A stretch of DNA of 64,000 nucleotides from Azolla caroliniana (GCA_043228905.1 JBHGNT010000007.1:11718001-11782000); one strand, 5' to 3'. Shown: positions 38,104-50,634, numbered from the stretch's first letter. Numbers and translations are program-made. Notes: a model not told the origin generated them from the letters alone.

Positions 38104-39200
38104 CATTTGGTTCCAATCAACATCACCATGTCCCGCACATTGTCCATTTGATTTCTCGCAAATTTTGTCGTTGCCATGTCTTTTTCGCGTAGTAGTCTTC
38201 GACTTCATCTCTAAATGGGGGTCGCCTCAGTGGTCGCCAATTGTTCCCCTGCCAGGGACAAGAAATCGTCCAACAACTCCTCCTAGATGGTTACAATACT
38301 CTCTGCATCCATCTTGTAGAAGTTGTCATTGTCCTTTCTCCGGTTTTCCGCATCCGCTCGTAGCATCTGTAATTCCGCCGCTTGTTGTGCCCATTTTGAC
38401 CACCATTGCACTGAGCTTTCACCAATCATACTCTTTGTTCGTTCTTTCCATGCCAGCACAATGGCGCCGATCCGGCCGAGCCCCATCTTGGATTTGTCCT
38501 CCGTAGCCTGCTTTTCCTCCTTTAACTTCTTTATCAGGCCCGCGGTTGCCTGTGCCTGCACCTCATATTCCAGGAATTGAGTTTGATAATGTTCTGAACT
38601 CTGTTCAGTGCCATCTTTGCTCGTTCTATCTCCTCATAATGCTACTAGTTGAGCTCCATCCGGTCCCTTGCCGCTTCTTCCAGTGCCTTTGCCATGTCGA
38701 CCGCCTTGGTCCGTTCTTCCGCCAATGCCTCCGTCACCCTATTGACTTCCTTCCGGAGTTTCCCTAGCTTCTCTTGCTGCAGATCATCTTTTGCCATCAA
38801 CTTCTTGTGCTCCGCATCCAAATACTTGTGATCCCGGTGCAATCATTCAAAATCCTCCGTCTTCTCCTTCATCTTTTGGTATATTTGGCATCGGGCGCGG
38901 TCTTCTTGGTCTTTCTGATGTTGGAGTTCTTCTTTGAGCCGCTCGATTTCGGTTTCCGCCGATCGTTGGAGCTTATCCTTCTCTTGTAGTAGCTTCTCCT
39001 TTTCTTCCTTCAACCCGTCATTTAATTGGCAGCTTTTCCAGAGATTTTCTTCGAGTCTTCGTTCTCATCCTCCACTGCCTTCTTCTGCTCTCGTTCTCTA
39101 GCCCTCAAGGCCTCCTGGGCTTCTAACTCTTCCCTGAGAGTGGAGACTTCTTGCTCTCATGTGATGCTTGTGTCCGATGTTGTAGGAGCTACCGGCGTGT
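38104..39200 (-). pseudogene. Decayed coiled-coil ORF, probably a retroelement accessory ORF
   Basis: K/E/L/A-rich heptad-like pieces 38283..38561 and 38645..38842, broken by stops; adjacent and antisense to a gypsy pol fragment. Confidence 0.5.
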
Positions 39201-39439
39201 TAGCCGTCGAGGTCGAGAAATGCAACATGGTGATGTTGTGTGAGATGACTTTGCAAAAGGATACGCACCAAATGTATGTTCAAGCGTGTTTCCGAAAGCG
39301 GTTAGCGACAATGTGTGTGTTTTGAAAAGCGTGGTGCAAGATGCACGGCTGGACAAATAGTGACGTAGAGGGAACCAGTGCCAGCACGACCGGAAAGAGA
39401 AGCCCACTAGGAGACTGTGGAGGAAGATGTAGTGTGTGG

Positions 39440-39870
39440 AGTAGAGGCCAGCAGGATGTGTTGAGAATTGCAGGCGACTTTCAAACGACTCGATGAGTGC
39501 AAATGACAACTCAAACCTCACAAGTGTCACATTGGTGGAAAAGAGGTAGTGATGCTTGGACATGTGGTATCTCTTCAAGGAATCAAGGTGGATCCATCAA
39601 AGATTAAGGCACGGGAAGCTCTACCTTACACGAATGATATTAAGTCATTGGAAACATTTGAACAAAAGGTGCGTTATTTTGAAAGGTTTATCCATATGCT
39701 AGCCCAAGTGCTTTATCCGTTTAGAGTCATCCTACACACCAATGCCTTTGTATGGAATCCTTTTCTAGAAGAAACTTTTATCGGTGCTATTCTTAGGCAA
39801 CATGATCCTCATAATAAACTTATATGCATCCTATTTACTTTATTAGTAGAGCCATAAGTGATGTGGAAAA
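39440..39870 (+). mobile_element. Ty3/gypsy RT-RNase H fragment
   Basis: LKPHKCHIGGKEVVMLGHVVSLQGIKVDPSKI, IGAILRQ, HPIYFISRAISDVE. Confidence 0.85.
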
Positions 39871-42800
39871 TGTGCAGAATAGCACTCGGCCACAACCGAG
39901 ACTCAAACACTTTATGAAAGAACAAAATAGAAATGGAGGTTTGTACACTTACACAAAAGAGACGACACAAGATGTTTACATGGAAAGCCCTAATAGCGAA
40001 AAAACACGTGAGCCAGAGGCAACGACCTCGAGCTCTGTATCTTCGCCAACCAACGGCTTCTCTTTTCTCTCTCTCTGTGTACAACTATAATACAACTAAC
40101 AACAACAACAACAACCTTACAAAGTGATTGCCCTAACTGATTACAAATATAGCCTTTACAGGCACACCAGAAATATATTTCCAGATATGTCCCTGGATCT
40201 GGTTCACACCGGATCCATCCGGATACCTTCCGATTCAGTCTGGTTGCTGCATCCAGTATGGTTTCTTCCTTCGGCTCCTCCGGATCTCATCCAGATTGCA
40301 TCCGGAGGGACCAAACTCCCAACAAACTCCCCCTTCACTCCGACATGGGATTTCTTGTTAGTCAGATCCGTCTCTGGCACATGTCCAGTTTGTCGGCTGA
40401 TAGCACCTTGGTCAGCATATCCGACCCGTTCTCCTCCGTGTGGATCTTCATCAACACGAAGTCTTGATCTTCTACCTTCTCCCGGAGCCAATGATATGTT
40501 CTCTGGATGTGCTTGGTCTGGGAATGGTAGGCTAGTATTCCTCCTGTCAGATCCCTAGCTCTCCGATGAAGTCCTTCATCCAGATTACTTCCTTGCCAAC
40601 TTCCACATCTACCATGTACTCCGCTTTCATTGTTGATAGTGCAACGAACTTCTGCAGCCTCGACTACCACGATACGGCCCCCCTTCATATGTCACGACAT
40701 ATCGGGATGCGGACCGATTGGTATCCGCATCAGCCGGCATATTTGACTTCGTAAAGCCTTCTAGTTGGGGTTTACCTGAGCCGAACCAAAGGAACATACT
40801 CGAGGTGCCTTTCAATTATTAGAGTATCCCCTTGACCGCATTCTAGTGTTCTCTTCCCGAATTGCTCATGAACCGGTTGATCACTCCGACAGCGTATCCG
40901 ATATCTAGTCGGGTGCACACTATCGTGTACATCAAGCTTCCGACGGTAGAGGCATATGGTATCTCCAACTTGCAGTTTGCCTAAAGTGTCGACCCGACCG
41001 GCTTCGCATCCAACATGTTGAACCGTTTAAGCACCTTTTTCACGTACTTCTCCTATGACAGCCATAGCAATTTCTTTGACCGGTACCGAATTATGTGCAT
41101 CCCTAGTATCTGTCTCGTCAGACCCAAATCTTTCATTGAGAAGGTCCGGTTCAAAGCCTTCTTTAGATTTCCGATTTTGGTTCAGTTTGCTCCGTCAAAT
41201 TTCTTCACGAACACGCTGTGGTCAACTTGTGTCTTGTGGTACCCTTGGTCGATCATGAAGGAGTCGAACGTTCGGTACCATTGCTGGGGAGCTTGCTGCA
41301 ATCCGTATAAGCTCTTCTTCAACGGACACACTAGGTGCTACTTCCCTTTCTTCTCAAATCCTTCCGGTTGCTGCATGTAGATCTCTTCTTCGAGGTCGCC
41401 ATGTAGGAATGTCGTCTTGACGTCCAATCGCTCTACCTCGAGGTCCATGCTTGCCGCTACGCTCAACACCGTTCGGATGGATGTAGATCTCTTCTTCGAG
41501 GTCGCCATGTAGGAATGTCGTCTTGACGTCCAATCACTCTACCTCGAGGTCCATGCTTGCCGCTATGCTCAACACCGTTCATTGAGAAGGTCCGGTTCAA
41601 AGCCTTCTTTAGATTTCCGATTTTGGTTCAGTTTGCTCCGTCAAATTTCTTCACGAACACGCAGTGGTCAACTTGTGTCTTGTGGTACCCTTGGTCGATC
41701 ATGAAGGAGTCGAACGTTTGGTACCATTGTTGGGGAGCTTGCTTCAATCCGTATAAGCTCTTCTTCAACGGACACACTAGGTGCTACTTCCCTTTCTTCT
41801 CAAATCCTTCCTGTTGCTGCATGTAGATCTCTTCTTCGAGGTCGCCATGTAGGAATGCCGTCTTGACGTCCAATCGCTCTACCTCGAGGTCCATGCTTGC
41901 CGCTACGCTCAACACCGTTCGGATGGATGTAGATCTCTTCTTCGAGGTCGCCATGTAGGAATGTCGTCTTGACGTCCAATCGCTCTACCTCGAGGTCCAT
42001 GCTTCCCGCTACGCTCAACACCGTTCATTGAGAAGGTCTGGTTCAAAGCCTTCTTTAGATTTCCGATTTTGGTTCAGTTTGCTCCATCAAATTTCTTCAC
42101 GAACACGCAGTGGTCAGCTTGTGTCTTGTGGTACCCTTGGTCGATCATGAAGGAGTCGAACGTTCGGTACCATTGCTGGGGAGCTTGCTTCAATCTGTAT
42201 AAGCTCTTCTTCAACGAACACACTAGGTGCTACTTCCCTTTCTTCTCAAATCCTTCCGGTTGCTGCATGTAGATCTCTTCTTCGAGGTCGCCATGTAGCA
42301 ATGCCGTCTTGACGTCCAATCGCTCTACCTCAAGGTCCATGCTTGCCGCTACGCTCAACACCGTTCGGACGGATGTCATCTTTACTACCGAGGAAAATAT
42401 CTCGTCGAAATCCACTCCTTTCTTCTATTGAAAGCCCTTCACCACAATCCGGGCCTTGTACCTCGGTGGATTTCTGGCGTCTCTCGATTTCCGCTTGTAC
42501 ACCCACTTCTTCCGTAGTGCCCTCTTTCCTTTCGGCAACTCCGTCACTTCATATGTGTGGTTCTCATGTAGGGAATCCATCCCGTCCTGCATGGCACTCA
42601 ACCACTTGTGGTTGTGGGTGTCTTTCTTTGCTTCTTCGAAGCTCTTCGGCTCCCCCTCATCGGTCAGCAATATGTGCTCTGCATCCGGAAATCTTTGGGG
42701 GGCTCTTCTCTCTCTGAGAGTGTATCTTCGTCCTTGGTCTTCAACTACCGGTTCCTCCATTTGTTCTTCATCTGAATCTGATTCAGGGTCTTGACCAATT

Positions 42801-45330
42801 CCAGTGTCCAGAACTTCTTCTTTGGTAGGTCCGGATTCTTGTCCGACTGCGACTGGTTCTTTGAGTGTCGTCCGGCTTTCGGCCGGATGATTCCTTGTGT
42901 CTTTTGACCAATCTCTGTCGGTAAATCTGGAGTCCGCTATCTTCTTCTCTGACTCCCAGTCGACAATAGTCTTGTGTTCCATGAAGACTATGTCTCGACT
43001 CTGAAACACCTTCTTGTCGACCAAGTGCCACACTTGGTAGCCGAACTCATCATCGTCGTATCCAAGGAATATGCATAGCCGGAACTTCGGATCCAACTTT
43101 TCTCTCTTAACCTTTGCAACATGCACATAAGCGAGACAATTGAATACCTTCAGATGTTGGTAAGACATATCTTTATCGATTCGTACTCTCTGTGGTGTGT
43201 CTCCTCCCAAGGGTGCTGATGGTGATCTGTTAATCATGTACGCCGTTGTAATCAATGCCTCAACCCAAAACGTCTTGTATAACTTTGCATGTGGTAGCAT
43301 GCTTCAGACTCTCTCCATTATGGTTTGGTTCATTCGTTCAGTTAGAACGTTCAATTCCGGTGTCTTTGGCACGGTAAATTCGAGCCAGATTCCTTTCGAC
43401 CGAAAATACTCCTTGAACTGCTCCCGGTATTCACCTCTGTTATTTGCTCAAACCGCCTTTAGCTTCAGGCCAGTTTCCCTTTCCACTCGCGCGTGGAGCT
43501 CCTTGAAGACGGACAACACATGAGCCTTCGTCTTCAACGGTGAGACCCACAACTTCCGGTTGTGGTCGTCTATGAACGTCACGAAGTATTTCAATCTGAC
43601 ATGTGACTTCGTGTCCACTTGACACACATTGGTATGCACCAACTCCAATGGTGCATTCCATCTCATTGGTGGTCTTGACTGGAAGGAGGTTCGATTTTTC
43701 TTGCGGCTAAGCAATCAATGCACTTCTCAAGATGCATGTCTTTCACCTCCAGAATGAGGTTATCTTCGGCAAGTTTTCTCATCCCCTTCTGACTCATATG
43801 ACACAGTCTCTTGTGCCACAACTCACTGGCATTGTGGGATTCTACGTTCACTTCTTCCCAACATATCCGGGCGTGCATCAGGTACAACGTGTTGATCTTC
43901 CAGGCTTGAGCCACGATCAGGCTTCCTTTGCTGAATTTCATGACTCCGTTCCGGATGCTACCCGTGTAGCCTTCATCATCTAACCGACTGACTGATATCA
44001 GGTTCAACCGAACCTCTGGAACGTGTCAGACATCCTTCACAAGCAACTTGCACCCGGTTGATGTCGTCCAACACACATCTCCTATGCCGACAATTCAGCA
44101 TGACCCTTCATTCCCCATCCGGACATAGCTAAGATCTCTGGCTCTATAGGACGAGAAGCATTTCCAGTTCGGTGTCAAGTGGAATGATGCTCCGGAATCG
44201 ACAACCCACATTGTCTCGTTGCCCACAAGTTTTAATGCATTCTCCTTGGTGATGAGCAACAGTTCTTCTTCACTTGTTGCAATCGCCGACGTTCCTTTCC
44301 GATCCGGACCTCTCCGGTCCGAACTCTTCTTCGAATCGGTGGTGTCAGACCCTTTCCCTTTCTGAAAATGCCGACAGTTCTTATGGAAGTGCCCCAGCTT
44401 CCCACAATAGAAGCAAGTAGGCCTCCCCCTTGACGTTGATCTCGTCCCCGATTTGTCCCAGTTGTGGGGCTCCGATTTTAGCCTCTTCTCTGTTTTTGGT
44501 CATCTTCCGTAACACAAAGCCTTCGAGTCGGTTCCGGATTCCCGATCCTTCCGGCGAGTTTCTTCATCTAGCAAGCTTGATTTTACCCTTGCTAGGGACA
44601 ACTGCTTTCCTTCCGGCCAAGCGTTGCCCAAAGTGACAACTAGCATCTCCCAACTATCCGGGAGGGAACCGAGCAAGAGCAATGCAAGTACCTTGTCGGA
44701 CAGAGGTACTTCAAGCGAAGTTGTTTGATTTATGAGCCCCTGGAATCCGTTCATGTGCTCCACCATGCTGGATCCGTCTTGGTACCGGAGTCTCACTAAC
44801 TTCCGGAATACCGAAACCCAATTTACGGGGTCTTTGCTCTCCAGCATGGTGCCGATTTTCTCCCAAAGCACATGAGCCTTACTTTCTTCATTGAAGTTTT
44901 TGTACATGCTCATGTCGATGAAGCACCGTATGTATGCCGTCGTCTTCATGTGCATCATCTCCCATGTCGTGGCATCGATCTTGTTCGGTTTCTTGTCCCC
45001 AAACTATACTGGCAGCAAGAGATCTTTGACCACGAGCATGTCCTTCATCGTCGACTTCCACACTAGGTAGTTGGGGCCGGTGAGCTTGAACATGCTTCCA
45101 AATGACTCTTCCATTTTCTTGTTCGCTCTGATACCAGATTGTGTGGAATAGCACTCGGCCACAACCGAGATTCAAACACTTTATGAAAGAACAAAACAAA
45201 AATGGAGGTTCATACAGTTACACAAAAGAAACGACACAAGATGTTTACATGGAAAGCCCTAATACGGAAAAACCATGGGAGCCCACAGACTACAACTATC
45301 ACTATATGAGAAAGGAGGTGCAACATAGAA
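39871..45330 (-). mobile_element. Copia Tnt1/Tork-like family A copy 2: 3' LTR 39871-40324, PPT, decayed pol/gag, PBS, truncated 5' LTR from 45140
   Basis: PPT complement AACTCCCCCTTC at 40325; PBS complement GCTCTGATACCA at 45125-45136; both LTRs begin TGTG..GAATAGCACTCGGCCACAACCGAGA on plus; gag LLLLGSLPDSWE, INT and RT motifs. Confidence 0.94.
41132..42375. repeat. RT segment triplicated with 446-bp period and a nested 106-bp duplication
   Basis: ttcattgagaaggtc at 41132, 41578 and 42024; atgtagatctcttcttcgagg at 41375 and 41481. Confidence 0.93.
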
Positions 45331-45591
45331 TATATCGTACAATATTTCTAGAATATACTAACGATTAGAATATTCTGATTCTGAAATGTACTATATGCTA
45401 GACTATAGAATACTAAACTATTATATGCAAATACATGCGCATATCAAAATGCTTGAGCATGACATCTTGTTAATGTGAGGTTGTAGGATCAATCCTTACC
45501 AACTATGTATTTTTATGTCACTGTGTTGTGACATTATCCTCCCCTTTACGGCCGCCTTTTCGAAAGCATGGTGTAGGGGTGGACGGGAATT

Positions 45592-46158
45592 GGAGCACTG
45601 ATAGGCGTGAGGAACCATATGTTGTCCTCACCGGAGATTGGGACACCGATGGACCTAAGCGACCATGTGCAGTCCTCACCGGAGATTAGAGCACCGACAG
45701 GCGTGAGCGACCATGTACGGTCCTCACGGTAGATTAGAACCAAACGGCTATGAGAGACCATGTGTGGCCTTCACTGAAGACTAGAACACCGATAGTCGCG
45801 AGTGACCATGTGCGGTCCTCATCGGGAACATGAATGAGCGTGAGTGACCATGCGGCCCTCATCGGGAACTGGAACACGAACGAGAGCGAGCGACCATGCA
45901 ACCCTCACTAGGAACTCGAACACGAACGGGCGTGAGCGACCATGTGCAGCCCTCACCGGGGACACGAACAGGCTTGAGTGACCATGCAATCCTCACTAGG
46001 AACTTGAACACGAACAGGAGTGAGCAACCATGGGGTCCTCACTGAGAATTGGAACACGAAAGAGAGTGTGTGACCATGCAGTCCGCACCGAGAACTGGAA
46101 CATGAACAGGAGTGAGCGACCATGCGGCCCTCACAGGAACTAGAACACGAACGGGCGA
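45592..46158. repeat. 46-48-bp minisatellite, about 12 copies
   Basis: Core GTGAGCGACCATG(T)GC.GTCCTCAC repeated. Confidence 0.92.
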
Positions 46159-46630
46159 AGGAGCCCAAGTGAAGTGGTCGACTCGATTTCTTCTATTTTG
46201 AGAGGGTAAATAGTTGAGGTTGACCTAAAACACAACACAAACGGTAGTGCTAGCGAGAAACTGACGTGATCCCCACCAGGAAAGTGAGCGGTTGTGACTT
46301 GAGAGTGTGGAACTTGAGAAGCTAGGAAACACACAGGAGCATGAAGATAGAGATAAAGATCAAGGAGAAAAGATGGGGTGAAACGAGAATACTAGATTGA
46401 TGTGTCAATGACTGGTGTTGAATCCCTTGAAAGGGACCAAGGAGGTTACAAGTATTTATACAAGTTCCAAGATTGAATATCTCTAGAATATACTCGAGAA
46501 ATATCTCTAGAATATACTCGTCAAGAATATATGGTACAATATTTCTAGAATATACTGATGACTAGAATATTCTGATTCTAAAATGTATTATATGCTAGAC
46601 TATAGAACACTGAACTATAATATACAAGTA

Positions 46631-46710
46631 CATGCTCATGTCAAAATGGTTGAGCATGACATCTTTTTGATGTGAGGTTGTAGGTTCAATCCTCACCAAC
46701 TATGTATTTT
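46631..46710 (+). other. tRNA-like (Pol III A/B box) cassette inside the LTR; second copy at ~45434-45514
   Basis: GCTCA..TGGTTGAGC D-arm, ACATC-TTTTT-GATGT stem-loop, GAGGTT variable region, GTAGG-TTCAATC-CTCAC T-arm, then a T-run; acceptor stem not evident. Confidence 0.55.
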
Positions 46711-47160
46711 ATGTCACTGTGTCGTGACATTAACATTACAATCTCATTGTATCCAAATCCATTCTCTTGGTTTATAGTCTATAACACCCATTTGGATCCA
46801 AATCCATTCACTTGGTTTATTCTGAATTATAATATACCTTTAACTTTACCATTTCATTGTATCCAAATCCATTCACTTAGTTTATTGTCTTTCACATTTG
46901 AATTAAAATATACCTTTCTAGACACTTGAAACCTTACAATTTCATTGTATCTAGTGTTTTGGAATATTGTCTACATTTTGGATCGAAATATACATTAATA
47001 GTCATGTGTCCAACTTTATCCAACATGTGATCCATGGTTGTAGGTGTTCTCATTCTTGGGTGTTTATGGGTATTCTCCAAATATGATGAGTATTCCTTGG
47101 TATGTATGGGTGTGTCTTCTTTCACTGGGGTTTATGAGTGTTTCCTCTTATAAAGTTTTC

Positions 47161-47498
47161 ATGTATGGTTCACAATTGATCATTAAATGTATAGTTTGCT
47201 TAGATTTTCACAAACATTAACCTAAGGTATTATATCTTGCAAGATTCACTAAGGATTAATCTACATCAACAATAATCACTAATAAGTAGATATCACGTCC
47301 ACCTTAGGCATATACACCTCTATAGGATGGTTAAATGTATGGTTCACATATGTATAGTTTGCTTAGATTATCACAAACATTAACCTAAGGTATTATATCT
47401 TGCAAGATTCTCTAAGGATTAGTCTGCATCAACTATAATCACTAATATGTAGATGTCACGCCCATTTCAGGCATATACACCTCTATAGGATGGTTAAA
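47161..47498. repeat. ~175-bp tandem duplication
   Basis: atgtatggttcaca...ctctataggatggttaa occurs twice. Confidence 0.9.
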
Positions 47499-47939
47499 CT
47501 TGAATAAGAACTTTCACACCCCAACTTATAAAAAAATTCAAATTAAAAAATATTGTTCCAAGACTTAAACTCGTGTCAAATGAGAGAGTCACTGTGATAT
47601 TCTTAAGTTTAAATACATTGAGGAAGAGGAGATCATCAACTTAAAAAATGTACTAAAAACTACATGTTTTCCATTTTGAGACTTGTTACATATTAATAAT
47701 TTAGCAAATTCTACCTTGGTGGTAGATCGTGTGGCACTTGGGTACCCAGTTTTGGTAATATAGCCTAAATTTGTGCAATCATAAAGGGAATCTAAAAGTG
47801 GAATGCGTGATCCTTCCACTTGTGAACGCAAATGTGTTCTCCTCAAATGGTTGGAGGAGGTCTTCTTTCATAATATTCCAAAGGTTAGTCAAGAACTGTG
47901 GAGTGAGGCCATCAATTCTGGGGCAGCTTTCTGCATCTA

Positions 47940-48148
47940 GATGGGGTTATCTTTATGTTAATTAATCTGACATCACAATAAATGGCTCATGGCCATAAGA
48001 TCCTTCCTATTTACATCAAAATGAGATTCTTACTACAACACCTTGTCCTTGATGGGGTTACCTTTATGTTAGTTAATCATACATCACTTTAAATGTTTTA
48101 CATGACCATAAGATCCTTACTATTTACATTGCCATGAGATTCTTACTA
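47940..48148. repeat. ~111-bp tandem duplication
   Basis: gatggggtta.ctttatgtta...atgagattcttacta occurs twice. Confidence 0.85.
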
Positions 48149-48519
48149 TTGTAGTATTATAATTTTGTTACTTTTCTAAGAAAACAATGGAGTGTGGGAG
48201 GTGGAGGGGTTGGCAAGGTTATCCAACAACCTAAGATGCCTAGGTCATGTTCGTCAATTCCTCATGTTCATAGGATTTAAGCCCATGTCAATGAGGGAGG
48301 ATAAAGTATTTGGCTTCTATAACCATGCATACATATAATGTATAAGTTGGATAAACACCAAGATTAAAGCCTATTATGTAAAAATTTACACAATAATACT
48401 TCTCTAATTTTACCGTATTATTTGGTCTAAGGTAGAAGCATATTGTACGAGAAGACCTTTATAGTTTTTGTAAAACGTAGATTGAGTCTTTGTGAAGGGA
48501 AGGGGGGGGGGGATGAACG

Positions 48520-48770
48520 TATTCATTGTCTTGTTTAGAAAGGATCCCCCAAGTGACGGAGTTGGTAAAATGAGTCTAAGTAAACGTTTATAAGTAACTA
48601 GTTATTCATTGTCTTGTTTAGAGAGGATCCCCCAAGTGACTGAGTTGGTAAAATGAGTCTAAGTAAACGTTTATAAGTAACTAGTTATTCATTGTCTTGT
48701 TTAGAGAGGATCCCCCAAGTGACGGAGTTGGTAAAATGAGTCTAAGTAAACGTTTATAAGTAACTAGTTA
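48520..48770. repeat. 83-bp unit x3, near-identical
   Basis: attcattgtcttgtttaga at 48521, 48604 and 48687. Confidence 0.95.
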
Positions 48771-49059
48771 GTTACAAGAAGGGAGTTGAGTTTTGGAAGA
48801 GAAAAAAGAAAAAAAGAAGGGAGTGGAATGTGGCTCAAGGGGAGTGCGTGACCAACTTTTGAAAATTTTACCAATGGGCTCCAAGTTCCAATGTGGAGGG
48901 AGAGGACTTTAGTAGACACACACACACACATACAAACATATATATACATACATATATAAAATATTAATTTTGTTTTGTATCGGGTTATAATTAGTTGAAA
49001 GTTTCAATGTGAGACAGAGAATGACAAAAGGGAGGCAGACGGTGTATCTGCGCTAACTA

Positions 49060-49139
49060 ACTACTCTACTCTACTCTCTACTCTACTCTACTCTACTCTA
49101 CTACCCCTACTCCTCGTGGTGTGGTGTCGTAGCAGCAGT

Positions 49140-49184
<45 letters not shown>

Positions 49185-49272
49185 TAGTAGTAGTAGGGCA
49201 GGGCGCGCATTGCCTTATTATATAAGAGGAGGAGGAGGAGCAGGATCAGGAGGAGCAGCAGCAGCAGCAGTA
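49060..49272. repeat. Compound microsatellite (CTCTA)n, (GTA)n, (GGA)n, (GCA)n around a TATA-like motif
   Basis: Directly visible; TTATATAAG near 49218. Confidence 0.85.
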
Positions 49273-49620
49273 GAGCCCTAATTAGTTCCTTCCTCACATG
49301 ACTGGCTAAATCAGAAGTTACTTCAACCTTTAAATATGCTGAACTTTATTAAGTGCGTAAGAAATATTATCTATCATTATGTAAGTAAAAAAAGAAGGTG
49401 AACAGACATACATACGTACAAGTATCATGTATCATGTATTATGTATTGTATGTATGTACGTGTGTGTGTGTGTGTGCGCGTTCGAATAAGAATATACATA
49501 TGGAATGCTATATACATACATACATACATACAACACGTAATACATTAGCCGTTTTCGTTATTGGAACTGTGTGAGGTGTACAAGTTTGAGATTATTAATA
49601 CACATACATTATTACCCCAA

Positions 49621-49652
<32 letters not shown>

Positions 49653-49977
49653 CAGCAAAAAATGAAAAACGCTAGGCCAGGAGGAATACAGACACAAGTT
49701 CCCACGACATTATAGCCAAACAGGAGACTTAATTCATATACTGAGGGAGAAATGGAAGGACAATAAAAGAGAATGAATGTAAATAGTAAAGTAAAGAGAG
49801 GGTTAAAAGCTTGGTCTACTTATGCACTGCAGCTGCTACTACTACCATTACTAATTTAGCTGGAACAACACAAGAAAAGAAAGATGAAGAGAAGGGGGAA
49901 CGCGGGGTTGCTTTTGCAGATAGAAATTACATCACTCACGTATAAATAATCACGATGATGTGAAACCTGTACTAGCT

Positions 49978-50045
<68 letters not shown>

Positions 50046-50634
50046 CTAGTATATATATATACATATGTATTTACAGCCTTTGTGAAAAAGAGACTCGGGA
50101 ATCTCTCTCTCTCTCTCTCTCTCGCCATTATAATATCAATAATCAACACCTTTCTTCTTTCTACACAACAACTTATTTTAATTGTCTGAGACTTGAGCAC
50201 TTGGTCTCTACCTATCAGTATCATCTTATAAAATAATATGCTGATTAATTCGCCCATGTATGTATGTATGTATGTCATATTGCATCATCAAGTCAGGTAT
50301 TAGTAGCAGTACTCATGATTATCTATCCTCGATTCATCTCTAAACTATTATTACTAAACAATATTTATAAATTATAATATAAATATATGTCATAGTAATG
50401 GTTATTTGCAACCAAACTAATCAGCCTGCCGTCTAGCTGGCTGGGTCATAATATTTGTCCTCTCTTTTCTCCCTTCATTTCCATCTTCCCGCTATGACAT
50501 TCAGCGACGTGCGTTTATAAAGCTTACTGTATATGTTGATGAGCGCCATTATATCCTTTCTGCTTATATCCGGACTCATACACAACATAGATATATAATA
50601 TAGATATATATAGATATATATAGATATCTCAATC

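Larger units (their letters stand above)
45330..46729 (-). mobile_element. Non-autonomous LTR retroelement (TRIM/LARD-like, gypsy-type ends) with non-coding minisatellite interior
   Basis: Direct repeats 45330-45533 and ~46525-46729 both begin TGTCAC on minus; PPT AAGGGGAGGATAA abuts the 3' LTR; no pol; PBS not clearly identified. Confidence 0.75.

Noticed and set aside
46631-46710. Functional tRNA-Lys(UUU) gene
   Set aside because: No acceptor stem, enlarged D-loop, and the two LTR copies disagree in the anticodon loop; kept only as tRNA-like.
49088-50278. PolyL/polyY and YI-repeat ORFs (also 22367..22816 and 54356..54856)
   Set aside because: Microsatellite translation artefacts.
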